DNA of 64,000 nt from Haliotis rufescens (GCF_023055435.1 NW_025964361.1:47740001-47804000), one strand, 5' to 3'. Positions 37,189 to 49,748 are shown, numbered from the stretch's first letter. Made by a program: numbers and translations. Notes: generated by a model not told the origin, from the letters alone.

Positions 37189-37401
37189 GCTGAGGTTTGG
37201 CCCATCGGTTCTGAAATCAACACTCCTGAGTCAGCGGTCAAGTGTTCGGACCCTGGCGCTGGGAGGGGAGAATCTGCCCACCCTGGCCATCCTTCGGTCA
37301 GCCGTGGCCCCTGACTGCCGTGCCACCTTCTACAATCTGTATGGGGTGACCGAAGTGTCCTGCTGGGCCACATGCTTCCGGTTTGATGCAACATATCTTG
37401 A
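37172..37401 (+). CDS. AASDH: AASDH exon 6
   Basis: tccag|MTPSLLLRFG...LALGGE...FYNLYGVTEVSCWA...|gtaagt; A5 motif NLYGxTE. Confidence 0.95.
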
Positions 37402-40400
37402 GTAAGTATCGTCAGTTGTCAGTTGTCAGTAAGTATTGTCAGTTAGTATTGTCAGTTGTCTGTTGTCAGTAAGTATTGTCAGTAAGTATTGTCAGTTGTC
37501 TGTTGTCAGTTGTCAGTAAGTATTTTCAGTTGACTGTTGTCAGTTGTCTGTTGTCAGTTAGTATTGTCAGTTGTCAGTTTTCTGTTGTCAGTAAGTGTTG
37601 TCAGTAAGTATTGTCAGTAAGTATTGTCAGTTGTCTGTTGTATTTCACCTATTGTCAGTAAGTATTGTCAGTAAGTATTGTCAGTTGTCTGTTTTAAGTT
37701 GTCTGTTGTCAGTAAGTATTGTCGGTAAGTATTGTCAGTTGTCTGTTGTCAGTAAGTATTGTCAGTAAGTATTGTCAGTTGTCAGTTGTCTGTTGTCAGT
37801 AAGTATTGTCAGTTGTCTGTTGTCTGTTGTCAGTAAGTGTTGTCAGTTGTCAGTAAGTATTGTCAGTTGTCTGTTGTCAGTAAGTATTGTCAGTTGTCTG
37901 TTGTCAGTAAGGATTGTCAGTTGTCTGTTGTCAGTAAGTATTGTCAGTTGTCAGTTGTCTGTTGTCAGTCAGTATTGTCAGTTGTCTGTTGTCAGTAAGT
38001 ATTGTCAGTAAGTATTGTCAGTTGTCTGTTGGCAGTAAGTGTTGTCAGTTGTCTGTTGTCAGTAAGTATAGTCAGTTGTCTGTTGTCAGTAAGTATTGCC
38101 AGTTGTCTGTTGTCAGTAAGTATTGTCAGTTGTCTGTTGTCAGTAAGTATTGTCAGTTGTCAGTTGTCAGTAAGTATTGTCAGTTGTCTGTTGTCAGTAA
38201 GTATTGTCAGTTATCTGTTGTCAGTAAGTATTGTCAGTTGTCTGTTGTCAGTAGGTATTGTCAGTTGTCTGTTGCCAGTAAGTATTGTCAGTTGTCAGTA
38301 AGTATTATCAGTTGTCAGTTGTCAGTTGTCAGTTGTCAGTTGTCTATTGTCAGTTGTCAGTTGTCAGTAAGTATTGTCAGTTGTCTGTTGTCAGTAAGTA
38401 TTGTCAGTTGTCTGTTGTCAGTAAGAATTGTCAGATGTCTGTTGTCAGTAAGTATTGTCAGTTGTCAGTTGTCAGTAAGTATTGTCAGTTGTCTGTTGTC
38501 TGTTGTCAGTAAGTGTTGTCAGTTGTCAGTTGTCAGTAAGTATTGTCAGTTGTCTGTTGTCAGTAAGTATCTGCAGTTGTCAGTTGTCAGTTGTCAGTAA
38601 GTATTGTCAGTTGTCTGTTGTCAGTCAGTATTGTCAGTTGTCAGTTGTCAGTAAGTATTGTCAGTTGTCTGTTGTCAGTAAGGATTGTCAGTTGTCTGTT
38701 GTCAGTAAGTATTGTCAGTTGTCTGTTGTCAGTCAGTATTGTCAGTTGTCTGTTGTCAGTAAGTATTGTCAGTAAGTATTGTCAGTTGTCTGTTGGCAGT
38801 AAGTGTTGCCAGTTGTCTGTTGTCAGTAAGTATTGTCAGTTGTCTGTTGTCAGTAAGTATTGTCAGTTGTCAGTTGTCAGTAAGTATTGTCAGTTGTCTG
38901 TTGGCAGTAAGTGTTGCCAGTTGTCTGTTGTCAGTAAGTATTGTCAGTTGTCTGTTGTCAGTCAGTATTGTCAGTTGTCAGTTGTCAGTAAGTATTGTCA
39001 GTTGTCTGTTGTCAGTAAGGATTGTCAGTTGTCTGTTGTCAGTAAGTATTGTCAGTTGTCTGTTGTCAGTCAGTATTGTCAGTTGTCTGTTGTCAGTAAG
39101 TATTGTCAGTAAGTATTGTCAGTTGTCTGTTGGCAGTAAGTGTTGCCAGTTGTCTGTTGTCAGTAAGTATTGTCAGTTGTCTGTTGTCAGTAAGTATTGT
39201 CAGTTGTCAGTTGTCAGTAAGTATTTTCAGTTGACTGTTGTCAGTTGTCTGTTGTCAGTTAGTATTGTCAGTTGTCAGTTTTCTGTTGTCAGTAAGTGTT
39301 GTCAGTAAGTATTGTCAGTAAGTATTGTCAGTTGTCTGTTGTATTTCACCTATTGTCAGTAAGTATTGTCAGTAAGTATTGTCAGTTGTCTGTTTTAAGT
39401 TGTCTGTTGTCAGTAAGTATTGTCGGTAAGTATTGTCAGTTGTCTGTTGTCAGTAAGTATTGTCAGTAAGTATTGTCAGTTGTCAGTTGTCTGTTGTCAG
39501 TAAGTATTGTCAGTTGTCTGTTGTCTGTTGTCAGTAAGTGTTGTCAGTTGTCAGTAAGTATTGTCAGTTGTCTGTTGTCAGTAAGTATTGTCAGTTGTCT
39601 GTTGTCAGTAAGGATTGTCAGTTGTCTGTTGTCAGTAAGTATTGTCAGTTGTCAGTTGTCTGTTGTCAGTCAGTATTGTCAGTTGTCTGTTGTCAGTAAG
39701 TATTGTCAGTAAGTATTGTCAGTTGTCTGTTGGCAGTAAGTGTTGTCAGTTGTCTGTTGTCAGTAAGTATAGTCAGTTGTCTGTTGTCAGTAAGTATTGC
39801 CAGTTGTCTGTTGTCAGTAAGTATTGTCAGTTGTCTGTTGTCAGTAAGTATTGTCAGTTGTCAGTTGTCAGTAAGTATTGTCAGTTGTCTGTTGTCAGTA
39901 AGTATTGTCAGTTATCTGTTGTCAGTAAGTATTGTCAGTTGTCTGTTGTCAGTAGGTATTGTCAGTTGTCTGTTGCCAGTAAGTATTGTCAGTTGTCAGT
40001 AAGTATTATCAGTTGTCAGTTGTCAGTTGTCAGTTGTCAGTTGTCTATTGTCAGTTGTCAGTTGTCAGTAAGTCTTGTCAGTTGTCTGTTGTCAGTAAGT
40101 ATTGTCAGTTGTCTGTTGTCAGTAAGAATTGTCAGATGTCTGTTGTCAGTAAGTATTGTCAGTTGTCAGTTGTCAGTAAGTATTGTCAGTTGTCTGTTGT
40201 CTGTTGTCAGTAAGTGTTGTCAGTTGTCAGTTGTCAGTAAGTATTGTCAGTTGTCTGTTGTCAGTAAGTATCTGCAGTTGTCAGTTGTCAGTTGTCAGTA
40301 AGTATTGTCAGTTGTCTGTTGTCAGTCAGTATTGTCAGTTGTCAGTTGTCAGTAAGTATTGTCAGTTGTCTGTTGTCAGTAAGGATTGTCAGTTGTCTGT

Positions 40401-41722
40401 TGTCAGTAAGTATTGTCAGTTGTCTGTTGTCAGTCAGTATTGTCAGTTGTCTGTTGTCAGTAAGTATTGTCAGTAAGTATTGTCAGTTGTCTGTTGGCAG
40501 TAAGTGTTGCCAGTTGTCTGTTGTCAGTAAGTATTGTCAGTTGTCTGTTGTCAGTAAGTATTGTCAGTTGTCAGTTGTCAGTAAGTATTGTCAGTTGTCT
40601 GTTGGCAGTAAGTGTTGCCAGTTGTCTGTTGTCAGTAAGTATTGTCAGTTGTCTGTTGTCAGTCAGTATTGTCAGTTGTCAGTTGTCAGTAAGTATTGTC
40701 AGTTGTCTGTTGTCAGTAAGGATTGTCAGTTGTCTGTTGTCAGTAAGTATTGTCAGTTGTCTGTTGTCAGTCAGTATTGTCAGTTGTCTGTTGTCAGTAA
40801 GTATTGTCAGTAAGTATTGTCAGTTGTCTGTTGGCAGTAAGTGTTGCCAGTTGTCTGTTGTCAGTAAGTATTGTCAGTTGTTTGTTGTCAGTAAGTATTG
40901 TCAGTTGTCAGTTGTCAGTAAGTGTTGTCAGTTGTCAGTTGTCAGTAAGTATTGCCAGTTGTCTGTTGTCAGTAAGTATTGTCAGTTGTCTGTTGTCAGT
41001 CAGTATTGTCAGTTGTCAGTTGTCAGTAAGTATTGTCAGTTGTCTGTTGTCAGTAAGTATTGTCAGTTGTCTGTTGTCAGTAAGTATTGTCAGTTGTCTG
41101 TTGTCAGTAAGTATTGTCAGTTGTCTGTTGCCAGTAAGTATTGTCAGTTGTCAGTAAGTATTATCAGTTGTCAGTTGTCAGTTGTATATTGTCAGTTGTC
41201 AGTTGTCAGTAAGTATTGTCAGTTGTCTGTTGTCAGTAAGTATTGTCAGTTGTCTGTTGTCAGTAAGTATTGTCAGTTGTCTGTTGTCAGTAGGTATTGT
41301 CAGTTGTCTGTTGCCGGTAAGTATTGTCAGTTGTCAGTAAGTATTATCAGTTGTCAGTTGTCAGTTGTATATTGTCAGCTGTCAGTTGTCAGTAAGTATT
41401 GTCAGATGTCTGTTGTCAGTAAGTATTGTCAGTTGTCTGTTGCCAGTAAGTATTGTCAGTTGTCAGTAAGTATTATCAGTTGTCAGTTGTCAGTTGTCTA
41501 TTGTCAGTTGTCAGTTGTCAGTAAGTATTGTCAGTTGTCTGTTGTCAGTAAGTATTGTCAGTTGTCTGTTGTCAGTAAGTATTGTCAGATGTCTGTTGTC
41601 AGTAAGTATTGTCAGTTGTCTGTTGCCAGTAAGTATTGTCAGTTGTCAGTAAGTATTATCAGTTGTCAGTTGTCTATTGTCAGTTGACAGTAAGTATTGT
41701 CAGTTGTCTGTGGTCAGTCAGT
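37401..41722. repeat. 27-bp (7-bp subunit) satellite starting at the AASDH exon-6 donor
   Basis: (GTCAGTAAGTATTGTCAGTTGTCTGTT)n with a 1701-bp internal duplication. Confidence 0.97.
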
Positions 41723-41789
41723 AATGGTAGCACACATAAGATGAAGTTAGGTCGCAGAGAGTCCTTGGATGGGTGAAGATGTCCATCAG

Positions 41790-42103
41790 CTTGGTACCTG
41801 AGAGTTTCTAGGGCTTTGGTCCAGCCCCACACTGAAGCACATGTAGCACACACATGTGTCTCCTTGGGCAAGTGACTTTGTCCCAAATATGCCACTGATG
41901 GGTACCCAGTAGGATGTGATAGCAATGTGGCTGTTATCCTTTTAGTGCCTCACTGGTAGCTTGGGTTGTATGTTCCCCAGAGAGCTGATAATTTAAATCA
42001 AGTACACGCCCTTGACCAAAGTAATAATGTGCTTTGAGCATGATATTCAGCATGGAAAAACAATGTCATACACATTGGCTATTATTTTTATTACTATTAT
42101 TAT
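41790..42103 (+). mobile_element. Old CORE-like SINE remnant
   Basis: TGTGTCTCCTTGGGCAAGTGACTT core-like motif; ..GCTTTGAGCATG.. and (TAT)n tail. Confidence 0.45.
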
Positions 42104-42419
42104 CGTCTGTTTAATTCCACTTATCTTAGGTAGGTACTGACAGTCAGTTAGTTTATTATGTTTACTCTAGGCCTGGTTGTGTCATACTGACTGCTGTAGA
42201 TGTGAAGGTTTTGAAACATTTACCTACTTACAATTCTTGTCCCTTTATAATAGGCAGCAAGGTCTTTTTGGTCTTTGATCAGACAATGTTATTGTTATTC
42301 ATAACTATGTAATACTTCAATGACCAATATTGCAGTAGTTCCAGTGACTTAGGAAAGTGGAACCATTTTCATGTTACTACACAGAATACATAATGATGAA
42401 GGCCACTTATTTTTCAAAG

Positions 42420-42532
42420 GCAAGGCGAAGAAGGACCAATTCCATTAGGTGCTGTTCTTGATGGAACAGAGGTGAAGGTCACTGACAGCGACGGTCATCA
42501 GGTCACATGTGGAGAGGGGAGACTACAGATAG
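42420..42532 (+). CDS. AASDH: AASDH exon 7 (not in ORF track)
   Basis: tttttcaaag|QGEEGPIPLGAVLDGTEVKVTDSDGHQVTCGEGRLQIG|gtaggt; phase 2-1 fits neighbours. Confidence 0.85.
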
Positions 42533-42615
42533 GTAGGTCCATCGTTGTCCACACCCCTAACTGGAGGAGGATCTGGGTCTCCTGTGACACATCATTAACC
42601 CTAATGGCAGCATCG

Positions 42616-43140
42616 CCCGTGAAGATCAGGGTTAAAATTGGTCTTTAGCAACCCATGCTTGTCGTAAGAGGCGAATTACGGGATCAGGTGGTCAGGCTCG
42701 CTGACTTGGTTGATACATGTCATCGTATTCCAATTGCGTAGATCGATGCTCATGATGTCAATCACTGGATTGTGTGGTTCAGACTCGATTATGTACAGAC
42801 TGACTTCATATTGCTGGTATATTGCGGCGTTAAACAAAAAACCCAAAAACAACAGAAACGCCATGGTCCTGCTTTCCTGGAATCCCTGTATCCTACTCTT
42901 CCACAGTTCCATGAAGAATCCGGGTTAGAATTGGTCTTCAGCAACCCAAGCTTGTCATAAGAGGCGAATAACGGGATCGGGTGGTCAGACTCGCTGACTT
43001 GGTTGATGCATGTCATTGTATCCCAGTTGCGTAGATCGATGCACATGATGTCAATTACTGGATTGTCTCGATTATTTACAGACTACAGTCATATAGTTTG
43101 AATATTGGTGAGTGTGGTGTTAAACAACAAACAAACAAAC
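42616..43140 (+). mobile_element. Two adjacent SINE B copies (42616-42855, 42909-43140)
   Basis: Homology to 58843-59111. Confidence 0.85.
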
Positions 43141-43402
43141 ATGGCATCACAATGCTTCAAATAAGTGTTGCATTTGATAACTGAAATCATTTACTGTCGG
43201 ATTGATAAAAGCATCACATTGAGTGAGCCCAAACGCATGATGTCCAGTGTGTTATCCGTGTAATACAGCCTGATGTCACTGCGTCATGTCGCTACATGGA
43301 TAACTCATTACAATTTCAAAATGGTTTTTGCAGAATTTCTGTTGATGTGGAAACTCTTAAAAGTTACTTACTTTTGCCTCAATAAATAGTGTCATAAATG
43401 TA

Positions 43403-44686
43403 CGTGGGCTGGCTGAAAAGTTCTAAGCCTAACTGTGAAAGACCCGTACCAAGTCGATGGTTTTCATTTATTTCTCCACATAGTCCCCTTCCAGGTTTAC
43501 ACACTATGCCAGCGATGCTGCAAGGCCTGGATGCCGGTCAAGAAGAAATTTTCTTCAGCCACCCTAAAAAAGTCATTCACAGCGGAAATGACGTCATCAT
43601 TACTCGGAAAATGGCGACCGGCTAGTTCCTTTTTCATTTTGGGAAACAGGTGGAAGTCTGCCGGGGCCAAATCGGGTGAATAAGTGGGATGGTCAATGAG
43701 TTCGAAGCCACAATCATGGATCGCTGACATGGTAACCACTGATTTGTGAACAGGAGCATTGTCTTGGTGGAACAGGACTTCTTTAGTGAGCATTCCCCGT
43801 CGCTTAGCTTTGATAGCTTCACGTAACTGTCTCAGTAGGTCAGCATAATATCTTCCATTGACAGTCTGGCCTTTTTCAAGATAGTCAATCAGCAGAATAC
43901 CCTTGGAATCCCAAAAGACTGAAGCCATCACCTTTCCAGCAGAAGGAACCGACTTGGCTTTTTGGTGGGCTGGTGATTCCATTGTTAAGACTGAATTTTG
44001 GTTTCTGGTTGAAAGTGATGAATCCAGGTCTCATCCATGGTTACAAATCGGGCCAAAAAATCATCACGATCTGCTTCAAAACGGCATAAATGGTCACGGA
44101 ACGTCAGGATTCTGACACGTTTCTGATCTGCTGTCAAGAGCTTTGGCACCCATCTTGCAGAAACTTTTGTCATTCCCAACTCGTTGGTGATAATGTGCTC
44201 AACCCTCTCATGAGAGATGCCCACAACACTGGCAATATGTCGAGTGGTCAATTGTCGATCAGCCATCAACATGTCATGCACCCGTGTAATGTTTTTTTGG
44301 AATGGTTGCTGTTGAAGGCCTTCCTGGACGCGGGTCATCGTCAAGGCTCTCTCTGCCATGCTTGAATTCCGCAGCCCACTTCTTTACAGTGGAAAAGGAA
44401 GGGGCATCATCCCCTAAAGTGGAGACCATGTCAGCATGTATCTGTGTTGGAGTTAGCCCTTTCAGTTGCAGGTACTTGATGACTGCCCTATAGCCAGTTT
44501 TGTCAATTTCTGGTGATTTCAATGGGTAGGTTCACAAGATGGTCTGGTACAAAGACAATAATAACACTACAGTTGCAGTTCTTATGTCTATGATTCATTA
44601 AATGATTTTACTTGTTGGTGGCAAAAGTTTGTTTCAATCCGATTGAGATATCCCATTTAGGCTTAGAACTTTTCAGCCAGCCCTCA
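43403..44686 (-). mobile_element. Full-length mariner (Tc1/mariner, DD34D) transposon
   Basis: TIR (C/T)G(T/A)GGGCTGGCTGAAAAGTTCTAAGCCTA at both ends, TA duplication, ~1.28 kb. Confidence 0.95.
43468..44507 (-). pseudogene. Disrupted mariner transposase
   Basis: Split over ORFs 44274-44522, 43985-44359, 43497-43982: WVPKLL, TMDETW, HQDNAP, YSPDLAPADF, C-terminal GDYVEK*; two frameshifts, a stop at ~43985, start codon apparently ATT. Confidence 0.92.
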
Positions 44687-44783
44687 TACAAGGCAAACAT
44701 CCAGATATCATATGGAACTGAGTTATATTTTCTTTACTTCTGACGAATTATATTTGTTTAAGGGCAAATGTTTCCCATTGCAG

Positions 44784-44968
44784 GCAGCAGTGAGCGTGTG
44801 TGTCTGTTGAATGCTGAGACCGAGGCTGTCTTGGAGAGTCTCCCTGTGTGGAGAGACACGGGGGATATTGTATACGTCCGGGACGATGGCACCATCACAT
44901 ACATTGGTCGCTATGACGATCAGATCAAGCGACATGGGAAGAGGTTGAACACATCAGCTATACAACAT
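44784..44968 (+). CDS. AASDH: AASDH exon 8
   Basis: tgcag|GSSERVC...WRDTGDIV...YIGRYDDQIKRHGKRLN...|gtaagc; A7/A8 motifs. Confidence 0.95.
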
Positions 44969-44992
44969 GTAAGCTACTTCATGTGACTGAGT

Positions 44993-45154
44993 GGATGGTG
45001 GGGTAGTCTAGTGGTTAAAGTGTTCACTCGTCATGCTGAAGGACCAGGTTCGATTCCCCACATGGGTATAATGTTTGAATCCCATTTCTGGCGTCCCCCC
45101 CACTGTGATAGTATTGGAATATTGCTAAAAGCGGTGTAAAGCTATACTCACTCA
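44993..45154 (+). mobile_element. SINE A
   Basis: Homology to 4249-4441. Confidence 0.88.
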
Positions 45155-45315
45155 TTTGACTGAGAATTGTCAGATTCACTTGTCTTGATTTTGCTAATGT
45201 AATACAAGATTTGTGTTTTTGTTTTTGGTTATATCAAAGTTCATCACATCTGGAGTAAACTGTAGAAAGAGAACAAGAAATTGAGAATTTTGAAAGTAGA
45301 AGATTCTTGCGCTAT

Positions 45316-45709
45316 AAGACTTAAAAATTATAAAAGAATTTGTTCTCAGGCAATGACTTTTGAAAATATAGTGCGGGTGGGCAATGTTTTTTGTGTGTGC
45401 TTGTTCAAACTAGTATGTAACTAAATAAACAGTTGTGTACCATCAACCTGGGAAAGGACCTCCCTACATGAACAAGCATATAAACTCCTATTGCCGCCAT
45501 GACCATAAAACAAGATGCCCAGTGAAGCAGTGCACATGTGAAGGGAAGTAACTCTGTGCTTTATTGGACCACATTGTTTTTAAGTATTAGGATACTAATT
45601 TTTTATTTTTTATTTTTTGGAAAATGGAAATAAAAACGAAATGTGGGTCAGACTTTATGAGGATGCAGGCAGTGCCTGAGAACCAAGACTTTTATTTCTT
45701 TTTAGCCTA
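45316..45709 (-). mobile_element. Same TIR family (copy 2)
   Basis: Reverse complement of 53359-53712 (GTTCTCAGGCAATG...CTGAGAACCAAGACT...TTTTAGCCTAA). Confidence 0.6.
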
Positions 45710-45857
45710 ATAGTGCAAGAATCTTGAACGCGACATTAAACCCCATTTCACCCCATCTCCTTAAGCCAGACGATTTCACATGGACTGGTAGTGTCCAGCT
45801 TTCCAAGGTTTTACTGTGTATTTGTTACTTCATTCTGAATGTGATACTTCTTCACAG

Positions 45858-46068
45858 GCTGTCCAGCAGCTGCCGGCAATCATAGACAGTAGAGTTCTCT
45901 CCCTTGCCGATCGTCTGCTGCTGTTTGTGGTGACGGATTCCCCCTGTGAAGAGGTCCAGCATGCATCACTCAAGATGGCGGTCACATCACATTTACAGAA
46001 GACATTACCATCTCACTATCAGCCGGACCAGGTGATGCTCGTGGAGCAGATTCCTCTCACCAAACACG
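45858..46068 (+). CDS. AASDH: AASDH exon 9
   Basis: cacag|AVQQLP...LPSHYQPDQVMLVEQIPLTKHG|gtgagt; A9/A10 region. Confidence 0.93.
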
Positions 46069-46152
46069 GTGAGTAGCAGGACAGTCATGGAGTTAGTGGT
46101 GGACTTGAGTCTGATTGAGCATGTCATGTCACTAGAATTCCCAAGTTGAATA

Positions 46153-46320
46153 GAGGCGGTCGGGTAGCCTAGTGGTTAAAGCATTTATGTCACGCCAAAG
46201 ACCCAGGTTCGATTCCCGACATGGGAACAATGTGCGAAGCCCATTTCTGGTGTCCCCCCGCCATGATATTGCTGGAATATTGCTAAAAGCGGCGTAAAAC
46301 CATACTCCCTCCCTCCCTAC
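46153..46320 (+). mobile_element. SINE A with (CTCC)n tail
   Basis: TSD AAGTTGAATA. Confidence 0.9.
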
Positions 46321-46331
46321 AAAGTTGAATA

Positions 46332-46802
46332 TTTTTATGCCCCCAGTATATAATGCGGGGTATATAGTCGAAAATTGGCAGATATATCCAACAGGTCCTG
46401 AAATGGTGCCTTTTGCTTTGTCATTTGTATTTTCTTTATTTCCATGGAAACAATTTGCACTAAGTCTAAGAAATCTTAATTTTTCCTGTGGTGTGTTTGT
46501 CTGTACTATATGTCTAAAATTAATAGTTATTCTTTCTTGAAACAATGCACACACAAAGATCAATTTGCCAAATGGTGCCCTTTGCTACTTAGGGTGTTTA
46601 TAATTTATATTTCGTCTATTTCCATGGCAACTAGTTTGTCTTTGACTCTGATTCCCAATTCCATGCTATTGTTTCTATTGCTCAGACAGACAGATCAGAT
46701 AGAATTCTCTCATCAAGTTGGACTTAAAGTAACAGTCAGATGGTTTGTGCTTTCCGATTTGTGGAAGCCGGGGGGATTTGTCATTTTCTGATGACTCTTG
46801 TT
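46332..46802 (+). mobile_element. Second HINE-like element
   Basis: TTTTTATGCCCCC...GGGGTATATAG start; same 3' end GGGGGGATTTGTCATTTTCTGATGACTCTTGTT as 8058-8909. Confidence 0.65.
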
Positions 46803-47267
46803 AATAGTTATCATTGTCATTAAAATTGTTTCACATGACATTGAGCACTTTGCAACATTTCTTTGTTTGACATACAGCAACAGCATTTGAAATAGCTGCC
46901 TACTCGCTATCCCATCGTCAGTCATTTTCTAGGGAGTGGGGTCAGTAATCTGTCAAACCCCCTATCCCGCCTGTCAAATGAAATATTTTGATGTTCAAAG
47001 TTTGAACTACCCAGGTAACACTAAAACGTATAAACTTATGTCACTAAAATATTTGTGTGTGTGTCCCATTATCACTGTAACTAGTTATGTCTAACATGTG
47101 CCTTGGGAACAGAGCAGATCTTCATAGCAGAAAATATTTTTATAGGCCTATTGTACTTGATTTAAGACTGTAAACAAAATAATTTTAGTGTCTTATTTTT
47201 CGTGTTTTCAAATTACTCTTTCGTACTTAAGAATTGTCATTTTGTATTTTGAGGGTCAGCGATCCTT

Positions 47268-47708
47268 GCTGTTGGGTGGTATAAATGAACGGCTGTTGGG
47301 TGGTATAAATGAACGGCTGTTGGGTGGTATAAATGAATGGCTGTTGGGTGTTATATATGAATGGCTGTTGGGTGGTATAAATGAACGGCTGTTGGGTGGT
47401 ATATATGAATGGCTGTTGGGTGGTATAAATGAACGGCTGTTGGGTGGTATATATGAATGGCTGTTGGGTGGTATAAATGAACGGCTGTTGGGTGGTATAT
47501 ATGAATGGCTGTTGGGTGGTATAAATGAACGGCTGTTTGGTGGTATATATGAATGGCTATTGGGTGGTATAAATGAACGGCTGTTGGGTGGTATAAATGA
47601 ATGGCTGTTGGGTGGTATAAATGAACGGCTGTTGGGTGGTATAAATGAACGGCTGTTGGGTGGTATAAATGAACGGCTGTTGGGTGGTATAAATGAACAG
47701 CTGTTGGA
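47268..47708. repeat. 24-bp minisatellite
   Basis: (GCTGTTGGGTGGTATA(A/T)ATGAA(C/T)G)n, ~18 copies. Confidence 0.97.
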
Positions 47709-47989
47709 CCCCCTGGCCAGTTTGATAGTTGCCGTATTTTACTGCACAGCACCATGATGTGAATGTGTGATTATCTGTGGGTGTAGCGGTTTAGAAGCTG
47801 CTGACTTTGGTAAAAGTTTCATTTGGCACCCTGACCTGATCATCACGTTTCACACATTGTGTTATACCTCTGCATTTGGTGCTATGATTCGCCAACTTGC
47901 AATTACTGAACAAACACAAGCTAGTATGCAGTCATTTAGACATTTGATAACACTTTAGCATACCTGTGCAACACACCGTTGTGCAACAA

Positions 47990-49355
47990 CTGTACACCAC
48001 ATCTACCACATTGGTCCACCATACCTGTCCACCACATCGGTCCACCATACCTATCCACCATACTTATCCACCACATCGGTCCACCATACCTGTCCACTAC
48101 ATTGGTCCACCATACCTGTCCACCACATCGGTCCACCATAACTGTACATCATACCTGTCCACTACATTGGTCCACCATACCTGTCCACCACATCGGTCCA
48201 CCATACCTATCCACCACATTGGTCCACCATACCTGTCCACCATACCTGTACACCATAGCTGTACACCATACCTGTCCACCATACCTGTACACCATAGCTG
48301 TACACCATACCTATCCACCACATTGGTCCACCATACCTATCCACCATACTTAAACTACCACATCTGTCCACCATACCTGTCCACCACATCGGTCCACCAT
48401 ACCTGTCCACCACATCGGTCCACCATACCTGTCCACCACATCGGTCCACCATACCTATCCACCACATCGGTCCACCATACCTGTCCACCACATCGGTCCA
48501 CCATACCTGTCCACCACATCGGTCCACCATACCTGTCCACCACATCGGTCCACCATACCTGTCCACCACATCGGTCCACCATACCTGTCTACCACATCGG
48601 TCCACCATACCTGTCCACCACATTGGTTCACCATACCTGTCCACCACATCGGTCCACCACATCGGTCCACCATACCTGTCCACCACATTGGTCCACCATA
48701 CTTATCCACTATACCTGTCCACCACATCGGTCCACCATACCTATCCACCACATCGGTCCACTATACCTGTCCACCACATCGGTCCACCACATTGGTCCAC
48801 CATACCTGTCCACCACATCGGTCCACCACATCGGTCCACCATACCTGTCCACCACATTGGTCCACCATACTTATCCACTATACCTGTCCACCACATCGGT
48901 CCACCATACCTGTCCACCACATTGGTCCACCATACCTGTCCACCACATTGGTCCACCATACCTGTCCACCACATTGGTCCACCATACCTGTCCACCACAT
49001 CGGTCCACCATACCTGTCCACCACATCGGTCCACCACATCGGTCCACCACATTGGTCCACTATACCTGTCCACCACATTGGTCCACCATACCTATCCACC
49101 ATACTTATCCACCACATCGGTCCACCATACCTGTCCACCACATTGGTCCACTATACCTGTCCACCACATTGGTCCACCATACCTATCCACCATACTTATC
49201 CACCACATCGGTCCACCATACCTGTCCACCACATCGGTCCACCATACCTGTCCACCACATCGGTCCACCATACCTATCCACCATACTTATCCACCACATC
49301 GGTCCACCATACCTGTACACCATACCTGTACACCATACCTGTACACCATACCCGT
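47990..49355. repeat. 13/26-bp composite minisatellite
   Basis: Mix of CCACCACATCGGT and CCACCATACCTGT subunits. Confidence 0.97.
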
Positions 49356-49498
49356 GTGTCATACCGATGTTCATGTGTTTCACCAAAGTGGTAAACCTCT
49401 ATGACCTGGATCACTTCAGGCTGTCCTCTTGCGCCAAGCTGACACACTGTGATAAAACTGACACACTGTTAAAGTTGGTGTTGAATCCAACACCCAAC
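49341..49498 (+). mobile_element. SINE C 3' half, fused to the end of a minisatellite
   Basis: CACCATACCCGT...GTTTCACCAAAGTGGTAAAC...AAGCTGACAC. Confidence 0.75.
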
Positions 49499-49644
49499 TT
49501 GTTTTCAGTGCACCTGCAGGAAACTTGAAGCAAACTTTTCTTCATTGTTGGCTTAGGAACTTAAAACCATGGCCAGGTGAATACACACTATAGTCACGGA
49601 GTAATAGGCATCACACATTGTGACATTCTGTTGTTATTTGTTAG

Positions 49645-49748
49645 GGAAGACTGACACGAAGCTGCTGGCGACGCTGTGGGAGGAGGTGGTCAGGAGGTCG
49701 CCCACACTGCCGCTGGATGTCCGACGCTGGTGTACCAGTCTCTGGCAG
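49645..49748 (+). CDS. AASDH: AASDH exon 10
   Basis: gttag|(G)KTDTKLLATLWEE...CTSLWQ|gtgggg; completes HGK with catalytic Lys. Confidence 0.88.

Noticed and set aside
33014-41687. Many Cys/Ser/Val- or Tyr-rich ORFs up to 406 aa
   Set aside because: All lie in intronic tandem arrays of AASDH.
42385-42419. Upstream CAG acceptor for AASDH exon 7
   Set aside because: Leads to an in-frame TAG; the AAG acceptor at 42419 keeps the frame and homology.
47966-49528. 520-aa His/Pro/Thr-rich ORF on the AASDH strand
   Set aside because: Minisatellite plus SINE remnant; exons 9 and 10 splice directly to form the conserved HGK motif.
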